A DNA stretch of 64,000 nucleotides from the NCBI GenBank assembly GCA_012026655.1, contig JAAILG010001363.1:1-64000 (forward strand), in the 5' to 3' direction. This DNA comes from Hydrolagus affinis (taxonomy: Eukaryota). Within the stretch, counting starts at the first letter, position 1, and every line of letters starts with the position of its first letter. The translations under genes and the position numbers were made by a program. Shown here one piece after another: positions 36,275 to 47,682 of the stretch. The notes below the pieces were generated by a model. The model saw only the letters and a list, made by a program, of their open reading frames with translations. It searched no databases and was not told the origin of the DNA.

Positions 36275-39219
36275 GTAAAGACAAAAGCCCCAGGGAGATT
36301 GTTATGAACTATCCCTCTCTGCTCTCTGTCTTCAAGCACGTCATTTAGTGTTTCCATTTTAGTTATTTTTTTGTTCATTTTATTTCCAATGCTCATTTTA
36401 TCTCTGTTCAGTCTTTTTATGTTCACTGTGGTTCCTCTGATATTACGCTTCTACTTGTCTTAAGTAGTTCGACGTGCAAAGCTATTGTTTCTGTTGAAAC
36501 CCTTGTCTGTCCAGTTCCGTCCATCTGCAGCCTTGAATTTGTAAAAGACTTAGGTGCTCTGAGCTTTGTCTCTTGTTTCTTCGCCTTTGCTTATTCCTTT
36601 AAAAGAAATGTGAGTTTTAAATTTCTTATTTTCTAATAAGTTATAGCTGTAAATGATCTTACTCTATGTTGTTCATCTATTAGCTACAATAATTTCACAT
36701 GAATAAGCTCCAATTTGCACACCCCGCGACAGAGCGACAGATTCCATCTCTGAATTTTGGGTGCAGAAGACAAACATGGGTCTTGTGTGTCCTTCCGAAA
36801 GTCAAGTGTCTCTCGTATTGGCTAATTCAAAACTAGAGAGAGAGACTCTTGACACTTCATAGTGCATTGCAAAGAAAGTATACGACTTAATCTGTGTGAA
36901 AAAAAATGAGATGTCGTGCAAATCTTGTGGTGTGAATATAGCAGTAAGTTGGACATACATGATTATCTTTTTGGAAGTCCCTTGTTATAATCATGTCTCA
37001 AACAATTCTATTGGGATCATGTTTTTCAGCTGTAAATAGTCGCTTGGTGCTTCGCAATAGGTTTCCAGATCTCTGAATGGTAATTTATGTAAATGGCAAC
37101 TTGACAAATTTAGTGTGATGGACACCCGAGCGAGTAAATAAGACATTTAAACATGTTGGCAAAAGGAGTATTTGAATCAATGTTTGTTTTTGGAGGCCTT
37201 TGAGGAGACAAGGAGAGAAATAATAAGGCTTTAAGGAAGGAAGTGACACGGGATTGGGGAATGGTTCTATGAAGCCTCAATCAATGGTGAAGCAAAGTGA
37301 ATGGGGAGCAAGTATAGACCGTGTGTGGGAAGAATGTAAGGTCACCTTCAACAAAAAGATCTTAACAAGGATTCTGAAATTTCTGGATTCCGAAATAGAA
37401 CTTGGTGAGGTTGAGGATTACGAGCAGAGCTCAGAAATGCTGTGCCTTTTAGATATGGCTATTTCCTGCAATTTCCCTATGTATTTTTTTTTAAAGTTTC
37501 CCTATTTTCTTCCAGGTAATCATTGTATGTTCCTTCGTTTAAAAAAAAAAAAAGCTGCAGTACAGACAAAGATTATCTTGGAGACCTGAAATCAACTCGC
37601 TGTAATTAGCGTTTTTCGGTTTGTTTTTTATCTTATTCTCTCCTCCCCTTTCATTTGTTTGTCTTCCTGTCTCACGACTTGGCCATGGATTTCTTCCAGG
37701 CCTTTGCAGATGCCGTGTGAGACATTGAGTCCTCCGCCACTCTCCCCTCCCTTCATCTGTTCAGGAAATTGCCCATCGCTTCAGATGCCCTCAGATAAGA
37801 TCACGACACCCGAGGATGCAACCTGCATACTGCTACAACAACAAATTGAATTGAGACAGTGCCTTTCACATCGGGAGGACATCCCAAGGGATTGGATAAT
37901 AAAGGCTTTGCACCGCAGCTGAGGCCCGGAGTCTGAGCTAGCTGGGGCCTGGAGCTGAAGAGAAATGGAGTGGGGGTGGGGGGAAGGGGGGGAAAAGATG
38001 TTACCCAAGCTCACAAACCTATTTTGTCCAAATTGCAGTCTTAACAAGGCTTTATTGCAATACAACATTTTTCTTTTTTTTAAGTAATTTACTATTGTGC
38101 ATCTTCTTTGTGCAAGAAAGCTTGGAAGTTCTGCACAGGATGCAGAATGGATTAGGTCATTCCACAAGAAGAGTGTTCACTTGTTGGGAATTAGCAAATG
38201 AAGGGCAGACTACGTGGAAAGGAACCTCTTTGCCTGCCGTTGCACAACAGCCAGGAGTTGCAGGTCAAGCGTACCAGCGCCTTCGGACGTCATCTCGACG
38301 TGAAAAGCGCTGTATAAATGTAACTTTTGATTGAACGTTTGATTGATCATCAGTCAAAATGCAGTCAGTGCTAGACTTAGCACTGTGCTGCATCACCAAG
38401 CTCAGTAGACTATTTACTCCGCATTCTCCCCCCACCCCCCCACTCCCACTTACCACACATACTACAGGCCTTTTAACTCTTCTAAAACAGAGGCTTGGAC
38501 AATTTGGGGACACTTCTGTCCTGGAATTCATTTGCACTGGGACTCGGGTTCAAACTGGTTAAATGAGTTTCACTTCGATTTTGTAACAGGCATCAAACCA
38601 CAAGTGATGAGTTCTGCTCTGTCTAGATTGTTTTTGAAACCGGATCTGACAGTTAAAAGGACAGCATTCTGTACCAATACCCAGAGACACACTTGTTTCC
38701 CTACCTCCAAATTCCAATTGATATTAGTTAGGTTTGTCTAAATTGTTCTTCCTGATGCTAACCGCCATTTTCAGCAGGGAAAGACGGTCGTAATAAAGCA
38801 AATTTGAAGTCAATCCTTCCATGATGTTACTCACATTTCTTTCTATTCCTGTTCTACTTCCACACTATCTCTATAACAGTTGTTGGAGCAGTAATCCTCA
38901 GCCGCCTCCCAATAAATTATCCTAAGAATTGGGGTAATACAAAATCTGACACTTTCCTGAATAAAAACCTGCTTATTATGGGATAATTTTCACCAAAGGC
39001 TGATCGCAAGATTTTTTTCAGATGATGAAGGCCCTTCAGTCCATGTCATCCCTTCAGGATACCCACCCCATCACAGCATCAAGCTTTGTTTTAGTTCAGT
39101 CAAGTGTCCTGGTCTCAACAGGACACTGGACTGGTTTAAACCCTTCCTGGAAACCTGTATCAGTCATTAATTACTCTCTGAATAAATACTTATTTGACCA
39201 TTTTATTCTCCAGTCATGG

Positions 39220-39425
39220 TGGAAACAGATTCGATAACAACTTTCAAAGGGGAATTGGATAGGTGCTTCAAAAGGAAAAAAAAATCACAGCGGGTAAAAA
39301 GTGGTAGCTAGGTAGGTAGGTAGCTAGGTAGGTAGGTAGGGTGTAGGACTGAATGGGTAGCTCTTCCAAAAAGCCAGCACAGAGCACGATGGGCCGAATG
39401 GCCTCCTTCTGTGCTATAATTTTCT
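39220..39425 (+). mobile_element. Degraded CR1-type 3' fragment containing a (GTAG)n microsatellite at ~39305-39340
   Basis: actttcaaaggggaattggataggt...cacgatgggccgaatggcctccttctgtgcta. Confidence 0.7.
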
Positions 39426-39735
39426 ACAATATCTCTTAAAACCCTCACGTGAATCTTACGTATTGAAAGGTGTGCATTTTATTTCAATTCCTACTCTTCT
39501 AACTATTCTGCATTTTGTGGAAAATGTAAGGTGTTTGTCCTTTCAAAGAGGAACGAATGCTCACAGTTTCCATTGTACAAGGGCACAGTTTATCCATGTG
39601 AAATTATGATTTGCGTGCTTCTGAAAAGGCTTGTAAGCTGCTATTCTTTCATTCTTGTATACCTGCATAATAACAGAGCAGAGCAGAAGTGGCGCGTTTG
39701 GTATTTATTTTCTGTGTCCCTTTTATCATCGACAG

Positions 39736-39882
39736 AAGGTTGCCCTGGACTCTGCAACAGTAATGGAAGATGTACCCTCGACCAAAATGGCTGGCATTGC
39801 GTCTGCCAGATGGGGTGGAGAGGAGCGGGATGTGACGTTGCTATGGAGACTATCTGCTCCGACAACAAGGATAACGAAGGAG
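39736..39882 (+). CDS. TENM3: Teneurin-3 coding exon, EGF repeat 8 and start of cysteine-rich region, 147 nt
   Basis: Acceptor cgacag|AAGGTT; donor GAG|gtaagc; [24 protein letters not shown]...DNKDNEG in ORF 39531..39902. Confidence 0.96.
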
Positions 39883-40695
39883 GTAAGCGCAAAGAAATGT
39901 AAGCACTTCACCTGTGGAAACATCAGTGGAGGAAACCTCCTGAATGAACAAAACCTCCTGCATGAACAAAAGCAAATTATGGAACGGTCGCAGGCATTTC
40001 AAAGCTGTGTAGCATCCTGATAGCAACAGGCCCGTAATAGAGGCGTGATTGGGACAAACCATTCAGCTTAACAGCAAAAAAGGAATTTAGGGTCAACGTG
40101 TCATCCCCAACCTTACTCCTCGCACCTCTTTACCTCTCCACCTCATTCCTTTCCACCTGACTTCACAGTCCACCTAAAAACCTACCTCTTTGACTGCGTC
40201 TACGCTCAACATCTGACCTTATCGTTGTGAAGCGTCTCGAGGTACAAGGGGTTAAAACACTGATGTCAGGAACCAAATGAGTCAAAAAAAAACACCAGTC
40301 CCCTGTTGCCAGCAATCTATGTCTCTTTAATAGTATGTAGCAATATTTTTTTAATGAACTTCTTGATGCTTTGGATCAGCTTAACTCTGCTTGTAGGAGA
40401 TAACATAATGAGAATCTAGTCATTACTTTTAAAGACCTTAAACATTAAAAGAGAGGTTTAATAATGTCAACTGTTCGTTACAGAGTGAGAGGTCTTCAAT
40501 CATTGTTTTTGATGCCTGTTACAGAAGAACTCACCTCTTATCTGTGGGGGGTGTTTTTTTTTTAAAAAAAGGTCACTTTTTAAGGCTTTTTACAAACTCA
40601 CTCCCCTGCAGCGTTCATAGATTTCAGTGGTGTGCTGGGCTATGAACAAGGAATCAAGCTTGCATGGCATTTCTCTGTCAGAATGCTGTCGTTTT

Positions 40696-41005
40696 GGAGT
40701 TCTGTAGCTCAGTGGTTAGAGCACTCGCCTTACAAGCGAGAGACCTGGGTTCAGTTCCAGGCAGAGTAAAACCTTGGGCAAGTTTCCTTGCTCCACACAC
40801 CCAATAATAATCCCTCAAAAAAACAATAATATTTGGTCATTTCAATCCAGGACTGTTTGTGGAACACTACTGTGTGCAATTGGCTGCCACATTTCGCCTA
40901 CATATATACAGTCAAATCACTCTACAGTATATTCTGTGAAGCGCTTTGAGACGTTTAGAAGATGTGAAAAAGCCCTACATCAAAAGCAAGGATTATTATT
41001 ATTAT
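40696..41005 (+). mobile_element. tRNA-headed SINE, full length (best-preserved copy)
   Basis: A-box TAGCTCAGTGG, intact anticodon-like arm CTCGC-CTTACAA-GCGAG, B-box-like GGTTCAGTTCC, tail aagcaaggattattattatt. Confidence 0.92.
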
Positions 41006-43194
41006 CTTGTTATTTTCCTGCTTTGCCTGTTTGGCTTTATTATAGACGGGTTTCCCTGTACAAACGATCCCAGGAGGTGCACATCCACCTCAGTAAGAAA
41101 CTTGATCGTAACATTAATTTAAGAAGCAAGAACAAAGCACAATCTGCAACAGTGGGCATGTGCCCAGCAGCTTGGCTTCAATCAGTAACACCGAGCAAAG
41201 CTCCAGAGTAGCTGCTCAGAACCGACTGTTAATTTGCTCATTTTCCATTCTGCTACGGATGAAAATATAGCATTTATTTGCAACAACTGTTCTCACGAGC
41301 ATAACCCCATTTAGCTTAGAGTCTGTAGTCCCTTATGATAGAGTGTTGAAAGCAGACTTGGTGTGAAAGAAGGTTGCATTTGTACTTAACTTGCCAGCTT
41401 AAAGGGTGTCCCATGAAATAAGTTTTAAGCTATAGCGCGAGTGAGCATGAAACCGCAGTGCAGGCCTGTGCTATCTTTCGCGAAGAATACTGTTTAGTGT
41501 TTGCATCCCCCAGATAAAATAAAACCATTTACTTCATGACTGCATGCGGGACACTACTGTACAATCCACATTCACAGTAAATCTTGTGAAGCATTTTGAG
41601 GCATGTCGACCACATAATTGGGTCCACTTCAAAACAAGGATTACTATTTCTGTATTCTAACTCCCATCTCCCAATGCCCTCACAGAAAGTTATAAAGTAA
41701 AAGGACATGAAAGGTTGAAACAGTAGAACAATTTGAATATTCTTGATATTTAATTTTGTATTCCTTTACCTTTGACTTTAACTTCATCTTCAACTGTTAT
41801 GAATAGGGGAAATACATAGATGCTAATAAATTGGGTAGCAAGTTGGGAGTTAATCTATATTTAGGTTTCCTTCTTTGTGCAATCAATAAATCTGCAAATA
41901 TGTAGCATTCTGGTACTAAGGAACATGAAATGAAGCTTTTAAAAATGAATAGGCAAAAGAAAACTTCAAACACGCTTCCCATCAGTCAGAACTTAGTAGC
42001 ATGCTGTGAGTTTTTCATTAAATACAATGTGCTGGTGAAGTGATTAGCTGGTGAAGTTGATGTCTAGTGTTCAGTGCTTTGATGGACGACATGAAGCAAA
42101 ATAGGAATAGCAGTTATTTTTGAAGTACAATGGATGGAGTTTAATATATAGAAAAATCCTAAAGTCAAGGCAAAAATAGGAATAAGAGGTGTAATATATG
42201 TTTTGGCAGTGGAAAATTAATTCTCTTTGAACTTTGATTTGAAGTTGTGATATCCATAATTTAAGAATCCCATTTTGCATGTTGCAAAGTACGTTGTTCG
42301 TTCCCATTTGCATTCACATATTTAGAGGGTGTACTTACTTAGATATCTTTTCCTTACAGCATTCCTGATCTCGGACCAACTTTAAATTAAAAGTAATGGT
42401 CGAATCACTCTTGACCTTCAGTTTTAAGAATATTACAAGGGTCATCGTTAGTGTGTTTGAAGCATTCTATCAACTATTTAAGTCACATATAACCACTACC
42501 ACTATATTTGTTTGGAAGAAGGTCCCAACCATACAAACAGAGGGTAGTTCCCACCTTAGATCAGTTTAATTTATAATGACCTCAGGCAATAGTAACATTG
42601 AAATATTTTGTAGGTTTATTAACTTAGAAATATGTGTAATAAAGACAATAACCTGCACTCATGTACGTTAGCATCTTTCAGATCAACATCCCTCAGAGTT
42701 TAGTCAGTAAAATTCATTAGAAAGAGGCGAATACTGTAAAATAGGCTAACATGGCAGCTAATCTTTTTCTAAACAACGAGATGAGCAGCCAGTTACAGTG
42801 CGATGATCCATTTTACTTCCACCTGAAATGACAAGGCAGATAGAACCTAATTTATAATGTAATCAGAAAAAGTTTGCTCAGGTTGCACTGATGTAAAAGC
42901 TATATTTTTTTAACATTGGTTTCAATCAACTGAGATACAAAGAACAAAAAAAAGTCATTGCTTTTGTGTGTAACGCATCGTTTTGCAGACCAGAAATATC
43001 TAATTTTACCCACTCCACTGTTTGGCCTAGGGGTGTTCCCAACCCTGTAGAGAAATGGTGCATCTGAATATAAGACCTGACAAGATATACCTGTTAACCA
43101 TGATACTTTCATTGTATGCCAGCTATCATGCTCCACTACGCCTGCATAACCACTTAATAATACTTTTTAGAATTTTTAATATAAGATACAAATA

Positions 43195-44220
43195 CAGTGA
43201 AAGCCCGTTTATCCGGCACCCTCGGGACCTGGCCAATGCCGGTTAAACGGCATGCCGGATATTCGGAAAAAAAACCAACTCAAAAAACATTTACTTTTTT
43301 CTAAACATACCATATTAATAATAGACTAAATAATCACAGAATATTGTATGGATACTTAGCAATACAGCAATACATATCGATTACAGTCTATAAACAGGGC
43401 ACACAATCACAAAGCAAACTTCTACAGTGACGGACGGTAGTGGCTTAACTGTCGTTTTTTCCTCTCTTTTTTCTTTCTTTCTCTCCCTCCTTCCCTCTCT
43501 CTCTTTCACACACAAACTCAGTCAGTCTGGCATCTCAATGGCTCCAAACCCAACCCCCCTCTACTCCTCTCATTTTCTATCTAAATTAATCAACGTTCCC
43601 CCTCTCCCCTCCTCTCCCCCACCTCTCTCTCCCCCTCCCACTCCTCTCTCTTTCTGCCCCCCTCTTTCCCTCTCTTTCTGCCCCATCCTCTCTCTCCCTC
43701 CCTATTTCTCCTTCTCCCACCCCACTCCCTCACCAAAACAGTGTATAAACCCACAATACAGTCAGGCTACACAGGCAATATGTAGTATCCGNNNNNNNNN
43801 NNNNNNNNNNNNNNNNNNNNNNNNNNNNNNNNNNNNNNNNNNNNNNNNNNNNNNNNNNNNNNNNNNNNNNNNNNNNNNNNNNNNNNNNNNNNNNNNNNNN
43901 NNNNNNNNNNNNNNNNNNNNNNNNNNNNNNNNNNNNNNNNNNNNNNNNNNNNNNNNNNNNNNNNNNNNNNNNNNNNNNNNNNNNNNNNGAGGGAGACGAA
44001 AAACCGACAGCGCTGTTTTAAGAGGAAAAACCAGAAGTGCCACTACCGACACCATTCGGAAATAATCGTACTGTACTCTTGTGCGACAATCAACTCATTA
44101 AATGTGCCACCGTGATTGTGGCGGATAAGATCCGGTTGTTCGAATAGGGACCTTTTTTTTGAGGTGCCAGTTATACGGAAGTTACGGTTGATCTGGTCAT
44201 GGATAAACGGGCTTTCACTG
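43195..44220. mobile_element. Tc1/mariner-superfamily (pogo/Tigger-like) DNA transposon or MITE
   Basis: Perfect 20-bp TIRs CAGTGAAAGCCCGTTTATCC (43195-43214) / GGATAAACGGGCTTTCACTG (44201-44220), TA on both sides (43193-94, 44221-22); no transposase visible; interior interrupted by N gap. Confidence 0.88.
43792..43988. other. Assembly gap (197 N)
   Basis: Run of N, following a CT-rich tract at ~43460-43735. Confidence 1.
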
Positions 44221-45339
44221 TATATGGTGCTCATGCAGTGGGTTGAAGGACATTTGTGAACACCATAATTGAGTGCTGCACCCCTAGCTTATAGGTCACA
44301 AAGTTCAAATCAAAGGGCTGCCTGTCACTCACCTATGCTTGATTCAGTTGAATGTATTTACACTAAAGGAAATACTGTGCAACGTAGTGAATACAACATT
44401 TTTATGATGGCATCCAGTCAAATTGGGCATAAAAATAATGGGACATTACACTCCGAACTCAAGTGTGGAGCCTCTGAAAATAGGTCAAGGAGTATCCATC
44501 AGTGAGAAGCAGATGAACAGTTTCACTGTTGGGATGGCAATTTTGACTTTCTGATCCATTTACTGTAATAATGAGGTGAATCACAATGAATTTACCACGT
44601 TTTAATTGAGTTATTCTCTACTGAGATAGCCCGTTAAACATAATTGTTTCTGCCCGAATGCAAATGTCTGCAGGAATGTTAAATCTATTATTAATCAATG
44701 GCTTTGCAGAAATATTAGTGGTTTATTTACCATTTGGATCTGTAGCCAAGTTAATACTGCAGTGAGCTAATGTTATGCAAGGATTAAATAATTAATATCA
44801 TTGCCAACTTTAGCAAAGAAATATCCAACTGGTAGTTTTGTATACTCAACCACATATACCTGTGTTCCCACATTAAATTCACATGTTTGTTCCAGTAACA
44901 GTTCCAATAGTTCCAATTCCATATTAAGGAGCTGATCCATTTACTTATTTATGAAAGCTTTCCAAACAGTTAGCTATCTGCACCAAACTCATAAATAATC
45001 CTCCCACTCAGTTGCTGTTAACCCTGCTCGTCCAAACCCTAAAGGATTGGGTTATCCTCAAACGATAATCAGGAGGAAGCTTGCTAGAAAGTGCTTCCAA
45101 TTCCAAGCTATATATATTGTTTTGACTTGTTAAACTTCAGCAGTGCTCAAACACACATTGTAGGTACATCCTTCCAGGAGAGAGAGTACCTCCCACTCCA
45201 GTCACAACAACAACAACAAAATTAAATTTATAGAGCGCCTTTCACGTTGTAGAGACGTCCCAAGGCGCCTCAGTCGCAAGGAAATTTCCATGTGTATGGG
45301 GCATACATATGTGCAACTCTCAAATCTCTTAAGTATGTT

Positions 45340-45745
45340 CCTCGTTCTGATTTTCAAGGCCCTCTAGGGCCTTGACCCACCTAACTCTCTGACCTGCTGA
45401 CCCCCTATCAACCTGTCCACTCTCTTCATTTAGCAGTCTCCGCCCTGCTCCATGTCTCTCACACGGTCTGTCCTGCCATCAGTGACTGGGCTTTCAGCCT
45501 CTCTGCCCCCACGCTTTGGAACTTCATCCCACAATCGTTCGCCTTGCTCTCTCCCTTACCTTCTTCAAGACCCGTCTCAAAACCCTCCATTTCGACCAAT
45601 CTTTCAGCCACCCCCTATCTCTCTGCCCTCCTTCATCCCAACCCTGCACCACACCCATTCTCATGTCCTAACCCCTGACTGTTCAGCGCTGTGGGCTGTC
45701 TGCCCGACATGAAAGGTTCTCTACAAATGTAATTTTGTTGTTCTT
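45340..45745 (+). mobile_element. L2-type LINE 3' fragment
   Basis: Aligns by eye with ~25890-26270 (tctgacctgctgaccccctatcaacct...gggctttcagcctctctgcc...aatgtaattttgttgtt). Confidence 0.85.
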
Positions 45746-47229
45746 GGTGTTATGATGTTTGGTTTCTGTGTATGTGAATCACCCACCTGACCAATCATCC
45801 TTCCCATCCACCCACCCACCCCTCCTCACATCGGACTGCTTTCCAATTCACATGCTTGAGAAAGAACACCCTTGTGAACCCGACAGGCAATGTTCTTACT
45901 GCCCTTCCTATACAAGCTAAAGGCAGCAGGTGCAGCAAGACTGATTTCATTTAGAACTTTTACATCCGGCAGAGAAAGATTTTCATCCTATTTGAACTCG
46001 TGTTCCAGAACTGAAAACACAATTCTAATTCAATGAGCTGTCACCAACAGGAATCCCTAATTCTATTCTACATAAGGTTCAACTTCCTTTCTATTGATCT
46101 TACTGAGGCCTGATTGGGAATCAACAACAACATCAAAATTACATTTATAGAGCACCATTCATGTTGGGAAGGCGCTGGATACCATACTTGTTCCAGATAA
46201 AACTGCATTTCAGTTCCTCAATTATTTTATCCTGCTCATAACCTTGGACTCCAACTGGCATATGAACCACAGAGAAGCAAACTTTTCATCGTAGGGTCAG
46301 TATTGAAACGTCAACACTATAAAAGTGAACCTTTATCACTTTACATCAATGCGGGATAAGCTCAATTGAGTGTTGACACACCTTTCAGAGAAGAAAGAAT
46401 GACATTATTCTCAAAAATGTCATCCCAAATGATTGATTCAGAATGATATATTGTTAAAAAAAAAACTTTGGGCTGGCACTTTTTTACCCTTTAACCAGCA
46501 AAATAACAGCTTGGATTTATATAGCACCTTCCATGGAGGGTAATGTCTTCGAGCACTTCACGGTGGCAGAGTTGGACACTGAGCAAGCGAGAAATGGGAA
46601 GGGTGACATTTTATTATAGGGTAGTAGAAGTAAAAACGTTCCCATCTGAGCAAGTCCAGAATAAGAAAATGTATTCTGTCCCAGTTTGTGTCAAGTAGCA
46701 TCAGATCAGTTCTTGCAACATGACACAACAGTGACAGCCAGTGCACCCACTCCCTCCAGCCAATTTTCATTCAGTTCAGCCGCTCAGTCTAATTCCCACT
46801 GCTGGGACTGCCAAAATCAATAGCGCTAAATCTCATATGAATATTTTGATTCTGATGGCAGCACACTTAGAAGCTGTAGGGTTCACTCTCACAGTTTATG
46901 ACATTATGTTGTCCCATGTGTTATAGCCTGGTAACTCACTCCTGTGTGTATGTTCTTCGTATTACAAATGAATTGTCACTATTCCTTGGAGCTTTCCGGA
47001 ATGATTTCTATGCATGGTTCAACAATCTCCACACTACAAATGAATAGTGACACTTTACAATATTATAACCTATTAGTACACCGAAGGTTATCATGCAGTG
47101 GTTCAACAGCTGCTGTGAATGTTTTGTTGGGTCTGATGTATAATGGTAAACGTTACTGCAGTAGTGAATACCATATCCTCACTAATTGGGACTGGCCTAA
47201 TTGGGTAACTGGAAACAGTGGATACATCA

Positions 47230-47682
47230 GGCCTCTGTTGCTTGTCCACGCATTCGTCACCATCAAGGCTTGACTGTGGAAACTCCCTCCTCGTCGGCCT
47301 TCCCGGCTCTTCCCTTCACAAGCTGCGGATCATCCGGAACTCTGCAGCTCGTGTCCTTTCCCGCACCAAGCTTCGCGACCCCATCACTCCCACCTTCACC
47401 CGACTCCATTGGCTCTCCATCCCCCAGAGGATCGAATTCAAGATCTTCATCCTCACTTTCGAGGCCATTCACGGCCTTGCCCCCTCCTATCTCTCCAACC
47501 TGCTTCTTCCTGTGAACCTCCCCGCCCCCCCTCTGTTCAGCGGGCTCCAGTCTGCTCCATGTCCCCCGCTCGACCATCAGTGGACGGGTTTCAGCCTCTG
47601 GAACTCCATCCCACAGCCAACTTCGCCTTGCATCCTCCGGACGTAAAAGGCGCTCCATAAATGTAATTTTATTATTGTTGTG
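47230..47682 (+). mobile_element. L2-type LINE 3' fragment
   Basis: ORF 47218..47646 SRLDCGNSLLVGLP..RNSAARVLSRTK..ITPTFTRLHWL..RIEFKI; tail gtaaaaggcgctccataaatgtaatttt. Confidence 0.9.

Noticed and set aside
40696-40770. Apparent tRNA gene with TAC anticodon (also 34161, 24400-24478, 27475-27546)
   Set aside because: No complete acceptor stem; runs directly into a multi-copy SINE body and (ATT)n tail, so it is a SINE head.
43427-44065. 212-aa ORF
   Set aside because: Made of CT-rich low complexity plus the N gap inside a transposon.
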